The position numbers and the translations under genes are program-made. A stretch of 64,000 nucleotides of DNA from Eledone cirrhosa (lineage: Eukaryota): contig OZ024741.1 of the NCBI GenBank assembly GCA_964016885.1, forward strand, positions 116,188,001 through 116,252,000. The letters run 5' to 3'. Positions 11,742 to 31,964 of the stretch are shown here, one piece after another. Below the pieces are notes generated by a model. That model worked only from the letters and a program-made list of their open reading frames with translations, did no database searches and was not told where the DNA came from. Numbering within the stretch: position 1 is the first letter of the stretch; the number at the start of each line of letters is the position of its first letter.

Positions 11742-11936
11742 CAGATCTGCTAACCTCTAAAAATCCAAATGGGGAGTGCCATGAAAAAAAGTGCCCCAAA
11801 ACGGGGAGAAATGAAGCAAAATGGGGAGATTTTACATAATGAAAGCTATAGCCATTTTCACAACAAAATACATCTCTCAGCCACCCCAAAGTGAATGGGA
11901 GATCTCCCTGTCAGATGGGGAGAGTTGACAGGTCCG
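11742..11936. mobile_element. Probable hAT-type MITE
   Basis: Imperfect TIRs CAGATCTGCTAACCTC / GAGAGTTGACAGGTCCG and repeated internal GGGGAG motifs; no clear TSD. Confidence 0.4.
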
Positions 11937-11954
11937 ACATACATTCATATATAT

Positions 11955-14518
11955 TTCTGTGATGCAAATAGCCTAACTCTCTGTAACACAAACTTTAAAA
12001 AACGTGAAAACCATTTGATCACCTATAGATCAGGGAAACACGCCAACCAGATAGATTATCTCCTTACTAGAAGATGGGACAAAATGTCTGTTGTAAACAC
12101 TAAATCCCTCCCCTGTGAATATGCACCTTCCAACATAGCCTAGTAGTTAGTGACCTCATAGTCAGGAATAGACGTACTCGACGACAGAGGAGGCCTACCT
12201 TGAGGAGGAGAATATGGAAGTTGAAGGACCCCATAGCCAGTGACAAATTTAAAAGCTTATTACTTGATGCCTTTGACAATAAGGAAGAGCAATTAGAGAC
12301 GTGCGATATAGAGGAACAGTGGCAATTCTTGAAAGTGAACCTGCTGAAAGCAACGGATGAAATCTGTGGCTGGAGCAGACCTATTGGCAGGAGGAGAGTA
12401 ACTTGGTGGTGGAACAGTAAGGTGGAAGAGACAATCAAGACCAAAAAGCAGGCTTGGAAAGTATGGCAGGATGGGGGAAGTACAGAGCACTATCAAGTGG
12501 CCAGGAGAGAAGCTAGGAGACAAGTGTACCTTGCAAAAAGGGTAGCAGAGGATAGAAAGTCCAAGCATGTTCTACAACATGAGGTGTTCAGGATTGCTAG
12601 ACAATGTGTCAAGGAAAACCGTGTTATTGTCGGGCAGAAGTGTGTCCGTAATGATAATGGTGTACTTGCGCTCACTGATACTGATAAGAAGATAGCCTGG
12701 AAGTGTCACTACGAGAGACTATTAAATGAGGAGAATAAATGGGAAAAAGATAGTCTGCCCCAAATCGATCCAATAGAAGAACCAGCGGTGCAAGTTAAAG
12801 GTAGTATAATAAGTAAGGCAATCAAAGATATGAAGACAGGCAAGGCAGTTGGGCCTTCGGAGATAGTTGCTGAGATGTTGAAGGCATCTGGTATGGTGGG
12901 ACACACTATGGTCACCCGTATAATTAACCAAGTAATACAGAATGGGGTCATACCGAAAGACTGGCGTAGCATCATCATCATTAACTGCTACAAGGGTAAA
13001 GGGGATGCTCTAGACAGGGGAAACTATAAAGGCATTAAGTTAGTTGACCAGGTCATGAAGGTCACAGAAAGAGTTATAGCGCAACTAATCAGAGAGCGAA
13101 TTGATCTAGATGAAATGCAGTTTGGGTTTGTGTCAGGTAAAAGTACCACAGATGCTCTTTTCCTTGTACAACAACTACAAGAGAAGTACCTAGCTAAAAG
13201 TAAACCCCTACACTAAAGAGCTTTTAGCGTAAAAGTTGGTGTTCATCAAGGCTCTGTCCTTAGCCCCCTCTTATTTATTATTGCCCTTCAGGCTATAACA
13301 GAGAAGTTCAAGACTGGCTGCCCATGGGAACTCCTATACGCAGATGATCTAACGCTCATAGCTGAATCAATGGCTGAACTAGAGAAGAAATTCGAAACAT
13401 GGAAGCATGGCCTAGAATCATAAGGCCTTAAAGTTAACTTGTCTAAGACTAAAGTTCTAGTTTGTAGAAAGGAAAATAGGGCACAGGTGCCCTCAGGGAA
13501 ATGACCATGCTCAGTGTGTAGGAAAGAAGTAGGCAGAAATTCCATTTTCTGTCCCAAATGCACATTATTGGTACATAAAAGATGTAGTGGGATCACAGGT
13601 AAACTATCTAAGAATGTAGACTTTATATGTGGCCAATGCTCAGGTGCAATAAGTAGCAAGTGTCCAAAGGATACTAGCTCCTTCTATTGCCCAGATGGTT
13701 CTATAGAAATAGTAGACACTTTCCGTTACCTGGGTGATGAAATCAGCAGTGGTGGAGGGTGTTCTGAAAGTACAAGTACAGTAGCCAGAGTCAGAACGGG
13801 ATGGAAAAAGTTCAGAGAGCTTTTACCGCTGTTGGCCACAAAAGGTTTCTCTCTAAAAATGAAAGGTAGATTGTATGATGCCTGTATACGAACAGCAATG
13901 CTACATGGCAGTGAGACATTGGCATTGCGTGCAGAGGACCTGCGCAGACTGGAAAGGAACGAACCATGTATGCTCCGTTGGATGTGTAATAGTAATATAC
14001 GTGAACGGCAAAGCATAAATGAACTAAGTGAGAAATTAGGAATAAGATGCTGTTGGTATGGTCACGTGATGCGCATGAAAGACGACAGCTGCATAAAAAA
14101 GTGCAGTGCGATCAAAATTGATGGTAGTTACGAAGTAGGTAGACCCAGAAAAACCTGGGCTGATCTGATAAATTCCGACCTTACACGCTTACATCTCTCT
14201 AAGACAATGTCACTGGACCGAAATCTCCTCCCACTCCCACCAACAGCACGAGATAATGAGATTGAGATCGTGTAGGTGTCACGACAAAAAACACACACAG
14301 TCTACGCTGTAATGTGGCCGTGTAGGTAACACAGTAAAAACCTCTCAGTCCACACTGTAAACTTGGTTGGTGTTAGGAAGGGCATCCAGCCGTAGAAAAC
14401 TCTCAAGACAGTCCTATACGAGCAAGACAACCAATCTTGCCTCAAGTTGGAAAATTCCTGTCCAAACCCATGCTAGCATGGAAGATGGACGTTAAACGAT
14501 GGTGATGATGATGATGAT
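11955..14518 (+). mobile_element. RTE-clade LINE family A, degenerate (APE C-terminus, RT with internal deletion, PHD finger, 3' UTR)
   Basis: NTNFKK..ITY..QIDY (APE end), KGKGDA..NYKGIKL, QFGF, HQGSVLSP, YADD; ~165 bp missing at ~13215 relative to the 31961 copy (FVDLEKAFD lost); in-frame stops; (GAT)n tail. Confidence 0.95.
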
Positions 14519-14758
14519 ATATACACACACATATACATACATATATACATATACACACACATATATATATAATATATATATATATATATAGATATATATA
14601 TACACACATATACATATATGATTGTTCAGTTCTAGGTATCCTATCGCTGTAATAGAAGAAGGGATGACAATGAATGAAGCACTGTTGACCATATCTTCAA
14701 GATCAGAGTGCTTCTATCATCTATTTCTTAAAGATAAGAAACCCAAGCCAGAAGAGAT

Positions 14759-14961
14759 TAGGTAACACGGTAAAATGTTCCTAGTTCCACACTGTAAATG
14801 TGGTTGGTGTTAGGAAGGGCATCCAGCCATAGAAAACCTGCCAGATAGTCCTATATGAGCGAGACACGGTCACCCGACCAGCCTTGCTTCAAGTGGGACA
14901 ACTCCTATCTAACCCATGCTAGCGTGGAAAATGGATGTTAAACGAAGATGATGATGATGAT
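14759..14961 (+). mobile_element. RTE family-A 3' UTR fragment
   Basis: Near-identical to 3590-3790 including (GAT)n tail. Confidence 0.85.
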
Positions 14962-15060
14962 CCATATATATGTATAAGAGATATTTAATCTGTTGGAAAT
15001 CCAACAAATATAGATGTTTAAAAACTGATTCAAAGCGCTTGACAGATTTCTGGAGTAAGT

Positions 15061-15357
15061 ATTCAATTGATATAAAATAAATGGAAACTATATTTATAAA
15101 ACCATATATATTTATAAAACCATATTTATTCTATTATATATATTTCAAGGGTACCAAAAATTTTGGTACACTATCATCAGATAAAATACAAAATGTTTTA
15201 TAAATATAAATATTTGACATGACCAAGGATGAAAACCTTAATGGTTCAAGTTATCCCTGGTGGTAGCGTACCAAAATTTTTGGTACGCTTGAAATATATA
15301 TAATAGAATAAATATGGTTTGTATAAATATAGTTTCCATTTATTTAATATCAATTGT
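15061..15357. repeat. Fold-back element with a hammerhead-like motif at the inner end of each arm
   Basis: CAATTGATAT..ATGGAAACTATATTTATA..TTTCAAGGGTACCAAAAATTTTGGTACACTA inverted against TAGCGTACCAAAATTTTTGGTACGCTTGAAA..TATAGTTTCCAT..ATATCAATTG. Confidence 0.8.
15129..15186 (-). ncRNA. Type I hammerhead ribozyme candidate (Penelope-type) with intact core
   Basis: Minus strand: UUUUAU-CUGAUGA-U-AG.GUACCAAAAUUUUUGGUAC.CU-U-GAAA-UAUAUA-UA-AUAGAA; stem I UUUUAU/AUAGAA, long stem II, palindromic AU stem III. Confidence 0.6.
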
Positions 15358-15424
15358 AAGTATATATGTATGTATACATGAAATTTCGTTTCATTCTATT
15401 CCATTTAATATCAATTGTATATCC

Positions 15425-15456
<32 letters not shown>

Positions 15457-15699
15457 TTATATATACATATATATAAACATATATATACACACATATGTAC
15501 CTATATACATATATATTCATACATATACATATATAACCTTATATATGATATATATTTATATATATATATAAATATATATCATATATATATATAAATATAT
15601 ATCATATATATATATAAATATATATCATATATATATATAAATATATATCATATATATATATATATATATATGATATATATTTATATATATCATATATAT

Positions 15700-15987
15700 A
15701 TTGCGAGTTCAATTCTCTGACCGGGTGATGTGTTGTTTCCTTGAGCAAGACACTTTATTTCACATTGCTCCAGTTTACTCAGCTGTAGAAATGAGATGAT
15801 AGGACTGGGGTCCATATCACTCCACTGCAAAGTGGTCGTGTAAATGCCATGGCAAAAAAGCACCCAGCACTCACTGTAAATGAGGTTGGTGTTAGGAAGG
15901 GCATGCAGCTGTAGAAATCAAACCAGAATCAGTTTCCGTCCCACCCTTGCAAGCAGAGAAAAAGCGGACGTAAAATGAAATGATGAT
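15700..15987 (+). mobile_element. CORE-like SINE (type A), 5'-truncated
   Basis: High similarity to 9610-9907. Confidence 0.88.
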
Positions 15988-16035
15988 ATATATATACACA
16001 TACATACACATACATACATATACACACACATATAT

Positions 16036-16213
16036 ATACTTCTCCTGAGAGGGCCATGGAGGCAGAGTCCTCAACACTCGTTCCAGCGGGACCTGTCAGA
16101 AACAACCATCTCTAACTAATCAAGCTGGATCCCCAAGCGAGACCAGTAAAGCTCATGGATGTTGATTTTAGCCATAAAATCTGTCCACCAGTATTCTAAC
16201 CACATGCCCATTA
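16036..16213 (-). mobile_element. RTE-like LINE 3' remnant
   Basis: GCTGGATCCCCAAG.GAGACCAG..AGCTCATGGATG and CATAAAATCTGTCCA shared with 45590-45815. Confidence 0.65.
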
Positions 16214-16237
16214 TATATATATATATATATATTGTGG

Positions 16238-16267
<30 letters not shown>

Positions 16268-16272
<5 letters not shown>

Positions 16273-16620
16273 TCATCATTTCATTTTATGTCCACTTTTT
16301 CCCTGCTTGTGTGTGACGGGAACTGATTCTGGCTTGATTTCTACAGCTGGATGCCCTTCCTAACACCAACTTCATTTACAGTGAGTACTGGGTGCTTTTT
16401 TTCCGTGGCACCTCCACGACCACTTTTGCAGTGGAATGAACTGGACCCCAGTCCCTATCATCTCATTTCTACAGCTGAGTAAACTGGAGCAATGTGAAAT
16501 AAAGTGTCTTGCTCAAGGAAACAACACATCACCCGGTCTGAGAATTGAACTCACAACCTTTTGATTGCAAGACCAATGCTCTAACTACTAAGCCATGTGC
16601 CTCCATAGCCATATGCCTCC
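16268..16620 (-). mobile_element. CORE-like SINE (type A), full length
   Basis: Reverse complement of the 9563 copy; short duplication of the head (GGAGGCATATGGC twice). Confidence 0.9.
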
Positions 16621-16638
16621 ATATATATATAGTTACCA

Positions 16639-18178
16639 CTTCCGTATTGCCAATCTTTGCTCCCAAATACAGGAAGCCCTCAACCAATTCTAGCGGCTTC
16701 CCGCCTACATTAGTGATCCCCTCTAGCTTCTCAACATTCTCTACCAGATATTTTGTTTTAGTCTCATTCATTCTCAGTCCCAGACTCATCGACACAGTCT
16801 CAACCTCCCGCATCAAATCCTCTGCCTCCTTCACTGTATTTGTCACCAAAACTATGTCGTCGGCAAATTCAGCATCCGATACCTTTTTCGCCTTAACTCT
16901 CCTGCTCTGAGCCGGTGCTACAGTAAAGCCAGAGTCCTGGTGTTTCTCCAGTGCAACGCACATACAATAGTCCACTACGATGATAAAAAGGTAGGGAGCC
17001 AATGTATCTCCCTGGAGCACTCAAGCCAGTATCTCAAAGAACTCTGTCATCCCATCGGGTGTAATGACTTGGGCTTTGGTGTTGGTGTAGAGCAGTGATA
17101 TCAGGTCCACTATCTTCTTGGGGATTCCATAAGCCTGTAAGATCTTCATCAGGCAGTAACGGTCCACAGAATCAAAGGCCTTCCTAAAGTCAATGAAAAC
17201 CATGACGCAGGAAGGCACTTTGCTCTAGCTCCCTCTAATATCCTCCTCAGCATCAGGATGTGACTGGTGGTTGATCTTCCCTCTCTGAAGCCGTTCTGGT
17301 TGTCCCTGAGCTTCTTCTCCATCTCAGGCTGGATCCTGTTAAGAATCATCCTGTTGAGGGTCTTTGCCACAAGTGACGTCAGTGAGATCCCCCTGTAGTT
17401 GTTGGTGTTAGAGAGATCTCCCTTCTTTGGAAATGGGACGATGTTACTGATCCTCCACTGATTCGGGGCAACTCCTTTCTCCAGTGCCCGGTTACAGAAC
17501 CCCAGGATGATATCATCAAAATCACACCTCTTCATCACCTCTGATGCCACTCCATCTTATCCATGAGCCTTGCCCTCCTTGATCCTCTTCTTGGCTCTCT
17601 GGAGCTCCCCCCTGGTGAAGGGCCCTGTCTCAACATCCAGTTCCTCAAACAGCCGCCTGATCTCCCCAGTGCTCTGGGCTGTAAAGGATGGCTCTCCTAG
17701 TAGGGTCCTAAAATGGTCTAGCCATTTCCTCTTCCTATCCTCGGGCCTCGTTCCCTGGATCTGACTCGAACACCTCTTCCTCCCTGTGATCTCGTTGATG
17801 ATCATCCAGCTCTCCTTACATCCAGATCTGTCAACCGCTCTCTCCACACTTCTAATCTTCTCTATCAGTGCCTCCTCTCTGACCTCAGTGTAAGCGGTAC
17901 AGAGTTCTTCCCTCATCACCTCCACAGTCTCCATCCTCTCCTCCGTAGGATCAGCATAGAATTGGTCCTTGGCAGCTTTCAGGTGTTCTCTGGCTGCACA
18001 CACTTTTGGGTTTGCAGAGCTGACGTGCTTCCTTTTGTTCTTTTTCCTCGGCACCAGGGTTTCACTTGCTTCCGCCACTGCATTGGTGAAGTGCCCGTAC
18101 CTCCTTGTCACACTCTCCTCAGTCCATCCAATCTCTCTCTCCTCTGACTCTCCACACAGAGCACTGAACCTGTTTGGG
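16639..18178 (-). mobile_element. RTE-like LINE (family C), inverted 5' segment encoding RT
   Basis: Minus ORFs: PKKGDLS..NYRGISL, QNGFR, FIDFRKAFDSV, LQGDTLAPYLF, EFADD, KTKYL, FLYLG; few stops/frameshifts. Confidence 0.92.
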
Positions 18179-18729
18179 AATACGGAAGATGATGTGGTTG
18201 AGAGGAAGAGCAAAGCCTGGGCGGCGTGCCACAGCTTGAGATTGGTGTGGAAGTCGGACCTTCGTAAAGACCTGAAAATCCGCCTCTTCATTGCTGTAGT
18301 GGAGTCTGTGCTGCTGTATGGGTCTGAGACTTGGACACTGACCAAGAAACCCACTCAGATGGTGGATGGGTGCTACACGAGAATGCTGAGGATGGCTCTG
18401 AACATTAATCAGAATACACTGAGGATGAAAAACTCAGAGCCGTATGGGAGCATCCCAAAAGTCAGCTCAAAAGTGACACAGAGGAGACTGAGGTTAGCTG
18501 GACATGCTCACCGACATCCAGAGTTGACATTGCACTCAGTGCTCCTGTGGGAGCCCCTACATGGACACACTAGAAGAGGAAGACCAAGGTTAACGTATGT
18601 TGATGCCCTAAGGACAGACACTGGTCTGTTGGAGACGCAGGACATGGCAGCGATAATGAGGGACAGAGACCGCTGGAGAGAACTCGTCCATGGATCTCGG
18701 GAATGTTACCCGCCTTAGATAGATAGATA
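18179..18729 (+). mobile_element. RTE-like LINE (family C), forward 3' segment with (TAGA)n tail
   Basis: NTEDDV..KAW..LLYGSETW..RRLRLAGH..GRPRLTY..DRDRWR continues exactly where the minus segment stops. Confidence 0.92.
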
Positions 18730-19136
18730 CATCAAAGGAATTAGCAGTTTGTCAACAGTCAACAGGTCAGCCAGCTTAGATAGGGTAATGACTTATGTGG
18801 TGGTGGTGGGGAGCGAGTGTAGACGTTATTGTTATTGTAGTGGCAGGGGGCAGTGAGATGTACAAGTTCATAGTTCACTTGTCCCTTTTCCTCTCTTTTC
18901 AAAATTTGAATTTATGGTCTTTTGCAATGGCGAACAAGTAAGAGTAAAATGTAAATTTTTAAATAGAGATTGCTCTGGAAGAATATATGGAATATTTCTA
19001 TAGTTTCCACAGCTTTTGTCAGAGCATTCCCAGCTTCCAATGGGCAAAGACTTTTGTTGTATTTTGGTCTTTCAGAATACTGAATTAGTAAAAACCAACC
19101 CCCACGAAAAACCGTCTATTGTCCTATCTATGAGCT

Positions 19137-19192
<56 letters not shown>

Positions 19193-19231
19193 TATATATA
19201 TATAAATAAATATATATATATATATATATTA

Positions 19232-19330
19232 AGGTGTTGAACATACGATGGTAAAGACATGAATTCGATAACTGGACCGGGCAACGAGATTTGTCCTCGA
19301 GCAAGTCACTTTATTTTACGTTGCTTCTGT
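19232..19330 (+). mobile_element. Degenerate CORE-like SINE head
   Basis: GAATTCGATAAC..GACCGGG..GTCCTCGAGCAAGTCACTTTATTTTACGTTGCT. Confidence 0.55.
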
Positions 19331-19455
19331 CTATTTATTCTTTTATTTCTCATCTATTTTCTGATGAAGGACTAATGTCCAAAACCGTGGAAACGTTCGC
19401 TATGCAAATAAGTAATGGTATAAACAAAACATATACTTAGCTCCCACATCAAGAC

Positions 19456-19888
19456 CCCTATAGGGGTTGATTGCCCCCTATCCGGGAAATGCCTCTCTAG
19501 TAACATTGTCTACAAATGTAAGGTTGTAACACCCACGCCCCGTAGGGCCTACATAGGGTTAACCGCCAATAGATTCAAGCAGCGTCTTTACATTCATACC
19601 CATTCTTTTCGTTACCCTCTAAGAAGGAATATGACGTCACTTTCAGTTTATATTTGGAGTCTAAAAGACAACCACACCTATTATAAGTTACACTGGGAGA
19701 TCCTAGCTAGGGCTAGATCGTATAACGGAAATAAAAGACCATGTGATCTCTGCGCCGCTGAGGCCCTGGAAATACTCTACGCCACAGACCACATCTTAAA
19801 CAAAAAATCTGAGGCAATTTCGGCTTGTAAACATAAATTGCACAAAACTTTCCTGTATTACAGCCCCACGTTATACCCTAACGGATAG
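19456..19888 (+). pseudogene. GIY-YIG endonuclease domain of Penelope-like retroelement (5'-truncated)
   Basis: Manual extension of ORF 19631-19888 upstream in frame gives NIVY...YIG, conserved R, E and LN motifs. Confidence 0.85.
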
Positions 19889-20051
19889 TACGATCTATAC
19901 ATGGATATTTTACGTCTTGATGTGGGAGCTAAGTATATGTTTTGTTTATACCATTACTTATTTGCGTAGCGAACGTTTCCACGAACCAAAGTATCGTCTT
20001 CCTGTCTTCCTCCAGTTGCAACGTTTTTTGAAATATCCACTTCTGCGTTTA

Positions 20052-20128
20052 CAGATTGACTTTGTTAGTTTCAGAAGATCCCGTTAAGGGTGAAGAAAGC
20101 AGCGATTCTTTGCTTAAACTTTAATCTG
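20052..20128 (+). ncRNA. Type I hammerhead-like fold (U4A core variant, 3-nt insertion) in Penelope 3' region
   Basis: AGUUU-CAGAAGA-U-CCC-GUUAA-GGG-U-GAA-GAAA-GCA..UGC-UU-AAACU with outer CAGAUUGA/UUAAUCUG helix. Confidence 0.5.
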
Positions 20129-20229
20129 TTATTTTAATAAATATTTGCTCTACGGTTCTTATATATTTGATATATATTTATCCTTATCGAGCCCTCTTAG
20201 GATTTTAGTCTTCAAATTTATTATTATTA

Positions 20230-20503
<274 letters not shown>

Positions 20504-22110
20504 TACTCTTTTACTCTTTTACCTGTTTCAGCCATCCGGCTGAGGCCATGCTGGGGCACCGCCCTTGTTGCTACACATTTTATCTCCAGCCTGTATAGGT
20601 TGGCCACTGGTGTAAGAGGGAGTTTGTTGCTGCTGCCCTTAGGTTTCCCTCGTGTCTTGCTGTGGGCTCATCCGGGATCCTGGATAACAAGGTGTCGAGA
20701 TGTTTCTTAAAGACATCCACCTCCACGTCATGCAAGTCTCTCAGATGCCTCGGCAGCCTGTTGAAGAGTTGAGGGCCCTTGAATCCCAGGCTATTGCAAT
20801 ACCTGCTCCTTATTCTAGATGTGGAAGACGGGACCTTTGACACCACACAGTGACGTCCTGTTCGACGGTTGGTCCAGCTCAAAATGCCAAAGTTTGGTGC
20901 TAGTCCCTCCAGGATTTTCCACATGTAGATCACTGCGTATCTCTCCCGTCTTCGCTCCAAAGAGTAGAGGTTTAGTTCCTTTAGCCTCTCCCAGTAGCTT
21001 GTCTCCCTCATCTTGGCAATCCTCTTGGTGTAGCTTCGCTGGATTGCCTCAAGCTCCGTGGTTAGTTTGACACTATGGGGTGACCACAACTGGGAGCAGT
21101 AGTCCAGGCGGCTTAGGACAAAAGTCCTCCACAGTGTCAACATGGTGTCTCGATCTCTTATCCGGAAAGTCCTCAAGATCCAGCCAGCGAGTCGTCTGCA
21201 AGTTGTCGCCACTTTCATGATGTGTGAAGAAAAAGATGCATCATCGCTCATGTCTATGCCCAGGTCTCGTATCGATTTTGACACGGGGATATCGGTCCCT
21301 CCTGGTCCTGTGTAGCTGTGTTCCACTATATTTGTGTTTGCAGGTTTGTATTGCATGTTGTTTTCTTCCGCCCATCTGTATATGGCATCCAGATCCTGCT
21401 GTAAAAGGGCAGTGTCAGTCGGGTTTTTGATTGCCTGTGCTACCTTAGTGTCATCAGCATAGCTAGTGAGGGATGTTGTTGCATGCACCACAGAGGGCAT
21501 GTCCGAGAGAGCCACCAAAAACAGTATTGGTCCCAGGACTGTCCCCTGGGGCACCCCACTTGTTATCGGTGTTTCCCTCGAGAGGGCCCCATTTGCTGCG
21601 ACTGCCTGGCTTCTGTCCCTTAGGAAGCCATGCAGCCACTCACCTACTTTTCCAGTTATGCCGAGTCCGTGTAGTTTGTGACATATCATTCCGTGGTCGA
21701 CCTTGTCAAAGGCCTTCGCAAAGTCAAGATATATCACGTCCACATGTGAGCTGTCTAGTAGTTGTCTCAGTACCCAGTCGTAGGGATGTAGCAGCTGTGT
21801 AAGGCAGCTTCTTCCTGGGCGGAAGCCATGTTGCGTGCTAGTCAGGCGGTCATTTTCTTCGAGGAAAGTGATTAGTTTCTTTCTGACGACTCGCTCCATA
21901 ACCTTACTAATATGCGACGTCAGGAAGACTGGCCTATAGTTCTTGGCCTCCGCTCTACTACCTCCTTTATGGATAGGGCATATTGTGCCTTCTTTCAGCT
22001 CCCTGGGTAGTACACCGCTAGCCAAGGAGCTTCTGAAGAGCATCTTCAGTGAAGTTGCTAAGGCCCGCTTACATATTTTTAAGAGAACTGCTGGGAATCC
22101 ATCAGGTCCA
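20504..22110 (-). mobile_element. CR1-group LINE, 5'-truncated, RT largely open
   Basis: 487-aa ORF: [66 protein letters not shown]; (AAAAGAGT)n tail. Confidence 0.93.
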
Positions 22111-30368
<8,258 letters not shown>

Positions 30369-31855
30369 CTAGCAGTAAAGCCCGGCGTTGCTCGGGGTCG
30401 CTCAGTAGCTGTGTTAAAGTTACAATGTTAAGTTTCTTTTTTGGCTTAAAAACTGTAGTGTCTACTGTGCAGACTTGCATGTGGTGTTTTTGATTAATAT
30501 TCCCTCAACCAACAATATGCCTTATGAAGTTAAGAAAACATAACGATAACCCGAATGTTATAACAAAAGAGGATGCTGGGGATAGAAACTGCACTGGTTA
30601 TTTATTAACAAAGATCGAAAATGTAAACACTGCAACGCAGAGAAAAACATTAGCGTAACCAAATTATCAGTTATGTCTGTCTGCACGCCTATATCACCTC
30701 TCTGCACGACTGTCTGTCTGCATGCCTATATCACCTCTCTGCACGACTATCTGTGTGCACGCGTATATCACCTCTCTGCACGACTGTCTGTCTGCACGCC
30801 TAACGAAATTTACAGATACATATATTTTAAATAAACTTATATAATTTTTGCTTTTTTTTACGAAATATTTGCTTGTTTTACGTAGTCTTTAAATAGACTT
30901 GTTTTCAAGTAAAAATATTGTTTTAAAAGGCTTTTAAATGGAAATGAAGCAAAACGGAAGCTTAGTGTTCGAACTGATGAAGCTGTGTTAAAGTTACAAT
31001 GTTAAGTTTCTTTCTTGGCTTAAAAACTGTAGTGTCTACTGTGCAGACTTGCATGTGGTGTTTTTGATTAATATTCCCTCAACCAACAATATGCCTTATG
31101 AAGTTAAGAAAACATAACGATAACCCGAATGTTATAACAAAAGAGGATGCTGGGGATAGAAACTGCACTGGTTATTTATTAACAAAGATCGAAAATGTAA
31201 ACACTGCAACGCAGAGAAAAACATTAGCGTAACCAAATTATCAGTTATGTCTGTCTGCACGCCTATATCACCTCTCTGCACGACTGTCTGTCTGCACGCC
31301 TATATCACCTCTCTGCACGACTGTCTGTCTGCACGCCTATATCACCTCTCTGCACGACTATCTGTCTGCACGCGTATATCACCTCTCTGCACGACTGTCT
31401 GTCTGCACGACTGTCTGTCTGCACGCCTAACGACGAAATATTTGCTTGTTTTACGTAGTCTTTAAATAGACTTGTTTTCAAGTAAAAATATTGTTTTAAA
31501 ATGCTTTTAAATGGAATTGAAGCAAAACGGAAGCTTAGTGTTCGAACTGATGAATTTTGCAGGTCAATATTTTGCTGGCTCGACAACTGTTAAAGCCAGC
31601 GTAATTTTTTACGTAAGACGCTCAATGTAAACAGAACAAAGGGAAATAACTGATAACTTACGCTCAAAAATCGATACATTATATTCGATTTCGTCACATA
31701 GGGTGGGTCAATTTGAAATTGTTTTTTTCCGATGTCTTCGCTAGGGCTCAATGTACAAGTATAGCAATTTCGGTGCAATTCCGTGAGAGATTCTAAGAGG
31801 AGATGTGTGCCAAAAATCGATAGACAGACAGACAACCACAGTTTTATATATATAG

Positions 31856-31856
<1 letters not shown>
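30369..31856 (-). mobile_element. Non-autonomous Helitron with internal ~574 bp tandem duplication and 37-bp minisatellite
   Basis: Minus strand: A|TCTATATATATAAAACTGTGGTTGTCTGTCTG ... CCCGAGCAACGCCGGG hairpin, CTGCTAG|T; 30407-30980 repeated at 30981-31553. Confidence 0.88.
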
Positions 31857-31895
<39 letters not shown>

Positions 31896-31928
31896 GTATA
31901 TATATATATATATATATTGTATATATAT

Positions 31929-31960
<32 letters not shown>

Positions 31961-31964
<4 letters not shown>

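Larger units (their letters stand above)
19386..20215 (+). mobile_element. Penelope-like element 3' fragment: GIY-YIG endonuclease plus pLTR with inverted 70 bp copy
   Basis: Open frame CPLSGKCLSSNIVYKC..AYIGLTANRFKQRLYIHTHSF..TSLSVYIW.LK..W.IL..CDLC..E..ILNKKSE..CKH; 19386-19455 is inverted copy of 19914-19983. Confidence 0.88.

Noticed and set aside
30970-30990. CTGATGA as hammerhead core (also 31547)
   Set aside because: No stem II/GAAA arrangement follows
31892-31960. N-terminus of the 765-aa ORF
   Set aside because: Microsatellite read-through; the LINE is 5'-truncated at ~31961 and lacks its endonuclease
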